Source of the DNA: Verrucomicrobiia bacterium
Lineage (GTDB): Bacteria; Verrucomicrobiota; Verrucomicrobiia; Limisphaerales; Palsa-1400
NCBI GenBank assembly: GCA_036501625.1
Contig: DASXZY010000063.1
Span: 1,924-65,923 of the forward strand
DNA length: 64,000 bases
Direction: 5' to 3'
The position numbers and the translations under genes are program-made. Shown here piece after piece: positions 54,260 through 63,799 of the stretch (position 1 is its first letter; each line of letters starts with the position of its first letter). Under the pieces are notes generated by a model, which was given only the letters and a program-made list of their open reading frames with translations, did not search any database and was not told where the DNA came from.

Positions 54260-54976
54260 ATGGTAACTTCAAATCCATTGCTCAAACGCGCGGAGAGTTT
54301 CAGCGGCACATCGCAGGCCGTCATGAATCTCGAAGGAACAGTCAATAAAACAGGCATCCTCTTGCTGATTTGCGGAGCCACCGCCACCTGCGCGTGGTAC
54401 ACTCCTGCGCTTCAAGGGCCGATCCTTTTCGCGCCGCTGCTGGGGGCCCTGATATTCTCTTTGATCGGCATTTTCAAGCCGGCCACGTCGCCATACGTGG
54501 CGCCGTGCTACGCGGCCCTGGAAGGCTTGGTGCTGGGCGCCATCTCGCAAATGCTCAACGCCCGCTACCAGGGCATCGTGGCCAGCGCCGTGTTGCTAAC
54601 CTTCTCCGTCCTGGCGCTCTTTCTCTTTCTTTACGCGACCCGCATTGTCCGCGTCACCAACGGCATGAGAGTCGCCATCATCGCGGCGACGGGGGCGATT
54701 TTGCTTGTTTACCTGGTTGATATCGTCCTGCATTTGTTCGGCATCTCGGTTCCTTTTCTTAACAGCAACGGCGGGCTGGGCATTGCCATCAGCCTCGTAA
54801 TTTGCGGCGTGGCGGCCTTCAATTTCTTTTTGGATTTCGATGCCATCGAACGCTACATCCGATCAGGCTCGCCCAAGTACATGGAATGGTACGCGGGCAT
54901 GGCTCTGATGATCACGCTGGTCTGGCTCTATTTGGAAATCCTGCGCCTGTTGAGCAAGCTCCAGAGCCGGCGATAA
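54260..54976 (+). CDS. Bax inhibitor-1/YccA family membrane protein
   Basis: TSNP, GTVNKT, YAALEG..LG.IS, LDFD.IE, PKYMEWY, TLVWLYLEILRLLS. Confidence 0.9.
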   Translation: MVTSNPLLKRAESFSGTSQAVMNLEGTVNKTGILLLICGATATCAWYTPALQGPILFAPLLGALIFSLIGIFKPATSPYVAPCYAALEGLVLGAISQMLNARYQGIVASAVLLTFSVLALFLFLYATRIVRVTNGMRVAIIAATGAILLVYLVDIVLHLFGISVPFLNSNGGLGIAISLVICGVAAFNFFLDFDAIERYIRSGSPKYMEWYAGMALMITLVWLYLEILRLLSKLQSRR

Positions 54977-55003
54977 AACGGTTCCGTCCCGCCGCCGGTT
55001 CGC

Positions 55004-56257
55004 ATGAAGTCCTTTCGCATTGAAGCGGCGGCCATTCAAAATTGGAGTTGCCACGGCTGCACCGCCTGCTGCCGCGGGATGATGATGATCGAACTGTCCG
55101 ACGAGGAGGCGCGGCGCATCCAGGGACAAAATTGGACCGAGGCGGAAGGGGTCGATCCGGCCGCCATGCTGGTGGAACATCGGGGGCGCTTTCGGCTGGG
55201 GCATCAAAGCGATGGGGCGTGCGTTTTTCTTGACTCCGCTGGGCGATGCCGGATTCACTCCCGTTTTGGCGAAGCGGCCAAGCCGCGCGCCTGCCGGCTG
55301 TTCCCGCTGGCGCTGCATCCGGCGGGAACGAAACTCGCGGTGGGCGTTCGATTCAGCTGCCCCACTGCCGCAGCCAATCTCGGCCCGCCGCTGTCACAAC
55401 AACTCCCCGCCCTGCGCGAATTGGCGGAGCTGATCGTGCCGGATAACTTCGCGGAATACCCGGCGCCGCCGGTCCTTCGCGAAGCGCGGCTGGACTGGCC
55501 GGACTTCATGCGGTTCATCGCGTGGCTGGACAAATCCATGGCCGCGAACAAGCAGCCCGTCTCGCTCAAATTGCGGCGGACTCTGCATTGGCTGGGAGCG
55601 GTCGAAAAGGCGGGGTTCGACCAAATCGCCGGGCGCGAGGCCGATGAAATCCTGGGCGCCCTCGTGCAAAACGCCGCGGCCGAATGCCCCTCCGCCCCCG
55701 TGCCGGCGGAGACTCCAACTTCCCTCGAACGCCTGCTCTTTCGGACATTAGTATTTACTTATGCGCGCCGGGACACGATGCAAGATTTGTCCGCGGGCGG
55801 AAGCCATCGCGGGCGGATGTTGTGGTCGATGCTCAAATGGGCCAGAGGCAAGGGCCGCGTGCCCGGCCTGATTCCCGGCCTGAAACCGGTGGAATTCGCG
55901 TCCCTCGAAAAATCCCGCGGGCCGCTTTCGCCAGAAGCCGAGGCGGCGCTAACGCGGTTTTTCCGCGTGAAAATTCAGAGCCTGCATTTTTGCGGGCGCG
56001 CGTTTTATGGAATGCCTTTGATCGAAGGCTTCCAAAATCTGGCGCTGCTATTTCCAGTCTTGATCTGGCTGGCGCGATGGCACGCGGCCGCCGAGGACCG
56101 CGCGAGCCTCTCGGAAAAGGACATCGAGCACGCGATGAGCCTGGCGGACCATCATCACGGTTACTCGCCGATTCTCGGGGGCGCATGGCCGCGCCGGCGC
56201 GCGCGTCTTTTGGCGCAGCGGAATGGAATCGCCCGGCTGTGCGAAGCGTGCGGCTGA
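55004..56257 (+). CDS. YkgJ/FliB-like cysteine-cluster protein
   Basis: CHGCTACC, CVFL, CRIH, KPRACRLFP, SCP. Confidence 0.82.
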   Translation: MKSFRIEAAAIQNWSCHGCTACCRGMMMIELSDEEARRIQGQNWTEAEGVDPAAMLVEHRGRFRLGHQSDGACVFLDSAGRCRIHSRFGEAAKPRACRLFPLALHPAGTKLAVGVRFSCPTAAANLGPPLSQQLPALRELAELIVPDNFAEYPAPPVLREARLDWPDFMRFIAWLDKSMAANKQPVSLKLRRTLHWLGAVEKAGFDQIAGREADEILGALVQNAAAECPSAPVPAETPTSLERLLFRTLVFTYARRDTMQDLSAGGSHRGRMLWSMLKWARGKGRVPGLIPGLKPVEFASLEKSRGPLSPEAEAALTRFFRVKIQSLHFCGRAFYGMPLIEGFQNLALLFPVLIWLARWHAAAEDRASLSEKDIEHAMSLADHHHGYSPILGGAWPRRRARLLAQRNGIARLCEACG

Positions 56258-56262
56258 AACGC

Positions 56263-57318
56263 TTATTGACACGGGCAGGGAATATCGGCGTAGTTCTCCT
56301 CATCCAAAGAACGGAGGAACGCGGCCAGCGGCGCGATGGCGGCGGCGTCCAGCGAAATGCCGCTTAATCGCGGGCCGGCATTGCGGATGGTTCCGGCGCG
56401 GGCCTGGGCCGATTCGGTCAAATAGAAGTTTAGCGCGTCTTCGATAGTGTTCATTTGCCCTGTATGCAGATAAGGCTCGGAACTGACCAAGTCCCGCACG
56501 CCGGCGTTTTGAACAACGCGATGAGACGGGGCGGCGCCAATGCGGGCGCGATCGTGCCGAGGGAGAGCGCGAAAAATTGCTGGCTGGCATTCGCGTTTCC
56601 CGCGTTGGTGAAACTGAAACGGCCCCTGGGCGTCGTCGTCGCGCCTGCGCGCCGCCAACCGCAGCGAACAAGCAGGCGCCGATGCACACGAACACGGGGC
56701 GTCCTCGTTGAATTGCTTAATCAGGAAGTTGGACGTCCAAGTGTTGTTCCCCGGATTATAGACCGCCATTTGCCCGCAGCTGTTAACTCCGTCGGGCATC
56801 ACCAGGACGCTGCCCGTGCTCAACAAGATGCCGGCGCTGTCAACGAAACCCTCGGTATTGGAACCGTCTTTTCGCACCGAGTTGGTTTTATTGATGATGC
56901 CCGCTGGAATGGGAACAACCGTCCAGGCGTTGGCGATGGGGTCGTAAATCTCCGCGTTGGTCGTGCCGGTGCCGTACTCGGCGCCCGCGACAAAAACCCG
57001 GCCGTCTTGCAGCACCTCGCTTGCGAAGTAGAGGCGGGAATAGTGCATTGGGGCCAGGGTGGTCCATTGCCCATTCGTATAACCGCCTGTTGAGTCGGGC
57101 GTTAACTTATACCAGTTCTTGCTTTTCGCGCCGCTGCCGCCGCCCTCGGCCATCACGGTGCCATCGCTCAGCAACAGCATGGTGCCGGTGGTTTCCGGAG
57201 GCTGCTGGGACAAGGTTGCCCAGCCAGCGGGGGCCGCGCCTGCCGCCAGGGGCAGTCCGCAAGAAACCGCGAGCAAAATCCCCGCCCATATCCGAAAAGT
57301 TAAGCCAATCTTGCGCAT
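56263..57318 (-). pseudogene. Chimeric remnant: kelch-repeat secreted protein N-terminus joined to fragments including a frameshifted cytochrome c peroxidase-like C-terminus
   Basis: Kelch motifs (LLLSDGTV, VLQDGRVFVAG.EYG, AEIYDP..N.W) stop near 56700. LFKTP and GVRDL..SEPYLHTG...LAAFLRSL are in different frames, switching near 56501. Confidence 0.7.
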
Positions 57319-57383
57319 ACGTCTCGGCGCCCATGGCGCCACTCTATTAAGAAGAAACGCGGATGGATGATTACAGATTATTT

Positions 57384-59252
57384 TTAGTCATTGGCCCCGA
57401 TGAATTCCCGATGAAGCCGCGCGTAAACGCCGCCGTCCCTCAGCAAACTTTGGTGCGTCCCCCGCTCCACAATGCGCCCCCGGTCCAGCACCAAAACCAG
57501 GTCCGACTTCCGAATGGTGCTCAACCGGTGCGCCACCACGAAAGACGTGCGTCCGCGCAGCAATATCTCCAAGGCCCTTTGCAGGCGGGTTTCGGTGACG
57601 GTGTCGATGGCGCTGGTGGCCTCGTCCAGCAGCACGATGCGCGGATCGGCCAGCATGGCCCGGGCGAAACAGACCAACTGCCGCTGGCCCAGCGAAAGCG
57701 CCGCGCTTTGCTGGCCGACCTGATGATGCAACCCGCCCGACAGGGCCTCAATCATGTCCAGGCAATCGAGCTTTTCAAGCGTCCGGCGCGCCTCTTCCTC
57801 CGTGGCTTCCGGGCGGGCGAAGCGGATGTTGTCCAGCACCGAGCCAGAGAAGAGGAAATTGTTTTGCTGGACGCTGCCCATCTGGCCGTGAAGAGAATCG
57901 CCGGTGACGCCCAGCAAATCATGTGAGTCAATAATAATTTTTCCGCGCGCTGGCAGGTAAAGTTTTTGCAGGAGGGCGGCGACGGTCGTTTTGCCGCTGC
58001 CGGTATGGCCCACCAAGGCGACGATCTGGCCGGGTTCGGCTGTGAAAGAAATATCCGTCAACACAGGCCGGCCGGGCTGGTACTCGAAATGGACAGATTG
58101 GAACTCCACCCGGCCGCGCACGGGCGGCAATGGGACGGCGGCGGGCGAGTCCTGCCAATCCGGAGGCTGGTCGAGCAGGCGATAGAGGCGCTCCCCGCCG
58201 GCCATGGCCGTGAGGGCTTGATTGTAACGGTCGCCCAGGACTTGCACCGGCTCGAAAAACAGATTGGCCAGGAAGAAAAACATGACCAGGTCGCCCACTT
58301 CCATGTGCGCCCAGCCGTGCCATTGGAGCGCGCCGTATCCGCCCAGCAGCGCCATCACGCCGAGGAACAACTGGCTTTTCATTTGCAGCAGCGGCACAAA
58401 CACGGCCGAGGCGCGCGCCACGCCAAGGTTGTTGCTGCCATGCACGGCCACCAATTTGCGAAAGAAACCGGCGTTGGTCTCATGCCGGACGAATGCTTGC
58501 GTGACCCGGATGCCGCCGACCGATTCCGCGAGCGTCGAGGCCAGCCGGCTCCAGGATTGCTGGAGCCTGCGCAGGCGCGCGGCCATGACGCGCCGGTATT
58601 GCTCGTTGATGACCCAGATAATCGGCGCCAGCAAAAGCATAATGGCGAAAAGCTTCCAGTTATACCACGCCATCAGCGCCGCTGACACGGCCATCTGCAT
58701 TCCCTGCACCGCGAAGACAAACGCCACGTCCTGCACGCCGACCCGGATGCTGTCAATATCAGAGGTCAGCCGGCTGATGATGCGGCCGAATTTGGTTTGA
58801 TTGAAAAAGGACATCGGCAGGGAGGCCAATTTCTGGAAAAGGTCCCGGCGCATGTCATGCACGACCGCTTCGCCCAATTCCAAGGCGAACCGCTGCCGGA
58901 AATGGAGGGTGACAATCATAAAGATTGTCAGGGCCAAATAGCCCGCGGCGTGCCATTGGATGCCGCGCCAGTCCCGGCCGGCAATGGGGCCGTTGATGGT
59001 CTCGCCGATCATCCAGGCCATGGCGGGCAATTGCGCGCCGCGCAGGAATGTCAAGATGAAGAGCCAGTTGCGCCGCGCCCGGTAAGGCCCCGTATAAAGG
59101 AAAATGCGCCGCACGAGCGACCATTTCAATGGCGCCTGGCGGTCTTCCGCGTCGTCCTGCTCCTGGTAATAGGTTATCGCCTCGCGTTCGTCATCAGAGA
59201 TGGCGGGCGGGCTGGGCGGCGGCGCGGAGGGCGGTGAAACAGCCGCGCTCAT
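57384..59252 (-). CDS. ABC exporter half-transporter (TMD+NBD)
   Basis: GHTGSGKT, LSLGQ signature, VLLDEATS, AHRLS. Confidence 0.93.
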   Translation of the reverse strand: MSAAVSPPSAPPPSPPAISDDEREAITYYQEQDDAEDRQAPLKWSLVRRIFLYTGPYRARRNWLFILTFLRGAQLPAMAWMIGETINGPIAGRDWRGIQWHAAGYLALTIFMIVTLHFRQRFALELGEAVVHDMRRDLFQKLASLPMSFFNQTKFGRIISRLTSDIDSIRVGVQDVAFVFAVQGMQMAVSAALMAWYNWKLFAIMLLLAPIIWVINEQYRRVMAARLRRLQQSWSRLASTLAESVGGIRVTQAFVRHETNAGFFRKLVAVHGSNNLGVARASAVFVPLLQMKSQLFLGVMALLGGYGALQWHGWAHMEVGDLVMFFFLANLFFEPVQVLGDRYNQALTAMAGGERLYRLLDQPPDWQDSPAAVPLPPVRGRVEFQSVHFEYQPGRPVLTDISFTAEPGQIVALVGHTGSGKTTVAALLQKLYLPARGKIIIDSHDLLGVTGDSLHGQMGSVQQNNFLFSGSVLDNIRFARPEATEEEARRTLEKLDCLDMIEALSGGLHHQVGQQSAALSLGQRQLVCFARAMLADPRIVLLDEATSAIDTVTETRLQRALEILLRGRTSFVVAHRLSTIRKSDLVLVLDRGRIVERGTHQSLLRDGGVYARLHREFIGAND

Positions 59253-61111
59253 GCGGCATCCCCATTGGCCTGGCCGAGGTCCATTAATTGCAACAGGGCC
59301 GTCTGATGATAAACGCCGGGGCGATGGGCCAATTCGTCATGCGTGCCGCTTTGCACCAGCCGCCCGTTGTCCATGACCAGTATAATATCCGCCCGGCGCA
59401 ACAAACTCAGCCGGCTGGAAACTACAAAAGTCGTGCGGCTGGCCATGGCCGCGCGCAAAGCCGTCGCGATTTCATGCTCGGTCTTGGAATCAACGGAGGC
59501 GGTGGGGTCGTCCAAAATCAGGATGGGCGGTTCGAGCAGCAATGCCCGCGCGAGGGCCAGCCGCTGCCGCTGCCCTCCGGAGAGGTCCACGCCGGATTCA
59601 CCCAGGACCGTCGCATAGCCATGCGGCAGCGCCGTGATGAATTCGTGCGCGCAAGCCATCTTGGCGGCGGCCTCGATGCGTTCCTGCGAGGCGTGCGGGT
59701 GGCCAAAAGCGATGTTGGAGCTGACGGTGTTGGAGAAGAGAAAGCTCTCCTGATACACGATGCCAATCTGCCGCCGGAAGGCGTCCAGGTCCAACTCGCG
59801 CAAATCGCGGCCGTCGGCCAGCACGCGGCCGAGTTGCGGGTCGTAAAAACGGGGAATCAAACTCAAGACTGTGCTTTTGCCTGAACCGGTCATTCCGAAC
59901 AGCCCGACGACCTGCCCCGGGCGGGCCTCAAAGGAAATCTCGCGCAGCACCGGTTGCTCTGGCGCGTAGCCAAAACTGACTTGCTCAAAGGCAATGCGCC
60001 CGGTGAGCCTTTTGGGGATGATCGCGTGCGGCCGGCTTTCGACGCCCAGCGGCATGTCAAGCACTTCAAATACGCGGCGAGCCGCGGCCAGGCTTTGCTG
60101 GACGGAGTTGGCGATGGTGGAGATGTTGGCCACCTGCCCGTTGAATTGCTGCAACAGCCCGGCGAACACGACCAGGCCGGAACCAAGCTGGATTTGCCCC
60201 TGGAGAAACAGCCACCCGCCGAAGGCGAACAGAATGACCAGGCTGACTTGCGAGAGGAATTGGGTGACAGGCGTGAAGATGGAAAGGTCGTTGAAAATCA
60301 TCCGTTGCTGCGAAGAAACTTTGTCGTTGGCCTCCGCGAAGCGGCGGATTTGCGGGCGCTCGGCCGCGAATCCTTTGATGGTCTGCATGCCTTTGACGCT
60401 CTCGGTGAAAAGCTGCACGAGTTCGTCCGACAATTCACGATTGCGCAAGTAGCCCGGGCGAAGGCGCTTGGAATAATAATTGGTCACCCACCACAGCGGA
60501 ACAGCCACCCAGAGGCAGGCCAGCGTCAATCGCGGATGAATGTGCCACATGAAAAGGCCGTAGGCGCCAAGCGTCAGGATCATGTTCAATCCCTGCAACA
60601 ACACGCCATCGACGAACAGGCGCGTGTTTTGGACGTCGCCGGTGACGCGGTTGAAAATGGAACTTGAGCCATGCACGTCAAAAAAATGGAAACTCAGGCG
60701 TTGCAGGCGGGCGTAGAGCTTGTCGCGCAAGTCGGGCACGATTTCCGCCTGGGTCAGCCGCGCGGTGGCCAGGTTGTAATAGTAAGTGAGAATGGCGCGC
60801 AATACGGCCTGTGCCACGATGGCCCCTGCCAGCGCCGTCACGACCGCCAAGGCGCTCCAGGAGGTTGGCGGAGTCCAGCCGAAAGGGAAATTTGGCGCGC
60901 GTTGCGAAGGGTCGAGTGCGTGCCGGATGACATCGATGACCACCCCCAGCAATTGCAAGCCGAGCAACCCCAGCAGCAAAAGCACGAGCGACAGCAAAAC
61001 GCTCAATATGAAATCGGCCCGATACTTCCAGGCCAGGGCAATAAGGCGCCGAACGAGTTCCCCGGTGGGGTACTCGCGGCTGGAGGCGATGTTAAGTGTT
61101 GGAGCCGGCAT
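59249..61111 (-). CDS. ABC exporter half-transporter (TMD+NBD), degenerate-site partner
   Basis: GMTGSGKS, LSGGQ, ILILDD, SSRLS in place of AHRLS. ATGA overlap with its partner. Confidence 0.93.
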   Translation of the reverse strand: MPAPTLNIASSREYPTGELVRRLIALAWKYRADFILSVLLSLVLLLLGLLGLQLLGVVIDVIRHALDPSQRAPNFPFGWTPPTSWSALAVVTALAGAIVAQAVLRAILTYYYNLATARLTQAEIVPDLRDKLYARLQRLSFHFFDVHGSSSIFNRVTGDVQNTRLFVDGVLLQGLNMILTLGAYGLFMWHIHPRLTLACLWVAVPLWWVTNYYSKRLRPGYLRNRELSDELVQLFTESVKGMQTIKGFAAERPQIRRFAEANDKVSSQQRMIFNDLSIFTPVTQFLSQVSLVILFAFGGWLFLQGQIQLGSGLVVFAGLLQQFNGQVANISTIANSVQQSLAAARRVFEVLDMPLGVESRPHAIIPKRLTGRIAFEQVSFGYAPEQPVLREISFEARPGQVVGLFGMTGSGKSTVLSLIPRFYDPQLGRVLADGRDLRELDLDAFRRQIGIVYQESFLFSNTVSSNIAFGHPHASQERIEAAAKMACAHEFITALPHGYATVLGESGVDLSGGQRQRLALARALLLEPPILILDDPTASVDSKTEHEIATALRAAMASRTTFVVSSRLSLLRRADIILVMDNGRLVQSGTHDELAHRPGVYHQTALLQLMDLGQANGDAA

Positions 61112-61673
61112 GAGCACAGCGGCCAAAGAAACCGCCCGCAATCAAAATCACGGCGCTTGGCGGAAAGTCAAAGGGAAAAATAACCACAGCAATTTGGCGG
61201 GCGCCGGGCCGCGGACACGCCGGGGCGGGCGGCGATTTCATCAGAAATGCCATGTTTTGGCTTGTTCGACCTTGTTTTCGCGTGTTTTGGCTCGAACGCA
61301 CAAGCCACCCTCATTTTCGGCTTCGGGAGAGAGGAGCGCCGCGACTCCCTGATATAAGCGGGGCTTGCGGCGCCCGCCCGTCCCGATGCAAGCTCCGAAA
61401 AGCGCCTTGTTCCGCCTTGTTTTTCCTTGAATTGCCTCGATTTTAGTTTGTTTCATTAAATTCCTCTGAAAAATCCCGCCAAAATGCCCAAAGAACACGC
61501 GCCGAAGCGCGACATGGCCAACACAATACCATATTTTGATGGTAATGCAATATGAATTCGAAATGGACTGAGCCGCCAAGAACCTTCGGCCATGGCACGC
61601 CGTTCGGCGAAATTTGTAAAAATAAACACTTGTCAATTGGCCGTACGCTGTTATTTTGTGCGGCCTTGTTGGT

Positions 61674-61919
61674 ATGAAAGACAAAATACATCCTAAATAT
61701 ATGGATGCGGAAATTCGTTGCGCCTGCGGCAATACATTTAAAACCCGCTCCACCAAACCGACCATCCTGGTTGGCATCTGCAACGCCTGCCATCCGTTTT
61801 ACACCGGCACGCAAAAGTTCGTCGATACCGCCGGGCGCGTGGATAAATTCCAGCAGCGCATGATTAAGACGCAAGCCGCCCAGGCTGACGCCGCCGCGCG
61901 CAAGAAAAAGAAGAAATAG
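61674..61919 (+). CDS. rpmE: 50S ribosomal protein L31 (Zn-binding type)
   Basis: [32 protein letters not shown]. Confidence 0.97.
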   Translation: MKDKIHPKYMDAEIRCACGNTFKTRSTKPTILVGICNACHPFYTGTQKFVDTAGRVDKFQQRMIKTQAAQADAAARKKKKK

Positions 61920-61934
61920 CCCGCTTTTCCGCCA

Positions 61935-61978
61935 CCCGCCCGCCGAAGCTGCCGCTTTGGCGGGCGGGTTGCTTTTTT
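61935..61978 (+). terminator. Intrinsic terminator-like hairpin between rpmE and prfA
   Basis: Stem ACCCGCCCGCCGAAGC / GCTTTGGCGGGCGGGT followed by TGCTTTTTT. Confidence 0.75.
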
Positions 61979-61986
61979 GGCCAGCC

Positions 61987-63066
61987 ATGAATCTCCGGCC
62001 TTACATTGAAAAATTCGCGCGCCGCCTCGCGGAAATTGAGGCCGCCATGAGCGATCCCAAGCTCTTTGACAACCCGGCCAAATTCCAGGAGATGTCCCGC
62101 GAATATTCCTGGCTCAAGAGCCTGACAGACGCGGGCGCAAGTTTCCTCAAAGCGCAGGACGACTTGGCGGAGCATGAGGCCTTTCTCAAAACCGAGCCGT
62201 CCGAGAGCGAAATGGCGGAATTGACCCGGCAGGAAATCGCGGGCTTGCAGGTGGAATCGCGGCGGCTGGGCAAGGAGGTGCAAATCGGCCTGGCGCCGCC
62301 CGACCCCGCCGATTCGCGCAATACGATCATCGAAATCCGCGCCGGAGCGGGCGGGTCTGAATCCGCCTTGTTCGCCGCCGATTTGCATCGCATGTACACC
62401 CGCTACTCCGACGGCCGGGGCTGGAAGATCGAGGACATGGACAGCAGCCCTTCCGATTTAGGCGGCTTCAAGGAGGTCATTTTTGGCGTGACGGGGACGG
62501 ACGTTTATAAACGGCTCAAATACGAAAGCGGCGTTCACCGCGTCCAGCGCGTGCCCGCGACCGAGGCGCAGGGCCGCATCCACACCAGCACCGCCACCGT
62601 CGCCGTGCTGCCGGAGGCGCAGGAAGTCGATCTGGCCCTCAAGCCGGAAGAACTGGAGATCAACGTCTGCCGCGCGTCCGGCAAAGGCGGCCAGGGAGTC
62701 AATACGACCGATTCCGCCGTGCAGATCATTCACAAGCCCACCGGCATGATTGTGCGCTGCGCCGATGAGCGTTCGCAGCAGAAGAACAAAGTAAAGGCGC
62801 TGACGGTCCTGCGTTCGCGGCTGCTGGAGCTTAAGATCGCCGAAGAAGACGCCAAATATGCCGCCTATCGCAAGGCGCAGATCGGCACCGGCGAGCGCAA
62901 CGAACGCATCCGCACCTACAATTTTCCGCAAAACCGCGTGACCGATCACCGCATCGAGCTGACCCTTTACAACCTGCCGCGATTCATCGAGGGCGAGTTG
63001 GATTGCATCATCGAACCGCTGATGGCGGATGATTTGGAGCGCCGGCTGGCGGCTTTAAAATTATGA
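61987..63066 (+). CDS. prfA: Peptide chain release factor 1
   Basis: EIRAGAGG.E..LFA, LKYESGVHRVQRVPAT (PxT), GGQ, RTYNFPQNRVTDHRI. Confidence 0.96.
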   Translation: MNLRPYIEKFARRLAEIEAAMSDPKLFDNPAKFQEMSREYSWLKSLTDAGASFLKAQDDLAEHEAFLKTEPSESEMAELTRQEIAGLQVESRRLGKEVQIGLAPPDPADSRNTIIEIRAGAGGSESALFAADLHRMYTRYSDGRGWKIEDMDSSPSDLGGFKEVIFGVTGTDVYKRLKYESGVHRVQRVPATEAQGRIHTSTATVAVLPEAQEVDLALKPEELEINVCRASGKGGQGVNTTDSAVQIIHKPTGMIVRCADERSQQKNKVKALTVLRSRLLELKIAEEDAKYAAYRKAQIGTGERNERIRTYNFPQNRVTDHRIELTLYNLPRFIEGELDCIIEPLMADDLERRLAALKL

Positions 63067-63659
63067 GCGAAACATTTCCCCAGGCGCTGATTTTTGATTG
63101 CGACGGCACATTGGCCGATTCGATGCCGCTGCATTGGCAGGCCTGGCAAACGGTGACGGAGCGGTACGGGCTGGAATTTTCCGAGGCTCGCTTTTACGAA
63201 TTGGGCGGCGTGCCTTCGCGCGATATTCTCAAGATGTTGAGCATGGAACAAAACCGCCCGCTCGACCACCTCGCGGCCTCGCGGGAGAAAGAGGCGGCCT
63301 ACATACCGCTTTTGTCGGGGGTGCGCGCGATTGAGCCAGTCGCCAAAATCGTGCGGGAGAACGCGGGCAAATTGCCGATGGCGGTGGCCTCCGGCGGGAT
63401 GCAGGACCACATCAACGAAGTATTGGCGCACATTGGGTTGCGCGAATTTTTCCAGGCGGTGGTCACAAGCGAACAGGTGACGCGCCAGAAGCCGGCCCCG
63501 GACATTTTTCTGGAAGCGGCGCGCAGGCTGGGTGTCGCCCCGCGCCTGTGCCGGGCCTACGAAGACACCGACCTCGGCCTGCGAGCCATCCGCGCCGCCG
63601 GCATGGAAGCAGTGGATGTGCGGCCGTTGAGAGCATTGCATCTGGCGGTTAAAGGGTGA
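63063..63659 (+). CDS. HAD family phosphatase (beta-PGM/YqaB-like)
   Basis: FDCDGTLADSM..H, AVASGG, KPAPD.FL, YED...G..A..AAGM. Confidence 0.92.
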   Translation: MSETFPQALIFDCDGTLADSMPLHWQAWQTVTERYGLEFSEARFYELGGVPSRDILKMLSMEQNRPLDHLAASREKEAAYIPLLSGVRAIEPVAKIVRENAGKLPMAVASGGMQDHINEVLAHIGLREFFQAVVTSEQVTRQKPAPDIFLEAARRLGVAPRLCRAYEDTDLGLRAIRAAGMEAVDVRPLRALHLAVKG

Positions 63660-63799
63660 TCGATCTTCGCAAGGATGGTGCGACAGACGGGGCATGATCC
63701 AGCGCTGGACGGCCCGCAAAAAAGAGCGTTTTGGGACTCGCCATTTAAACCGCCAGTTGTATGCTGCCTGTCAAGTCACATTGAACGCCGTCGAAATTT

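Noticed and set aside
63676-63700. TGGTGCGACAGACGGGGCATGATCC resembling a reverse tRNA 3' end
   Set aside because: No matching T stem, anticodon arm or D arm could be built.
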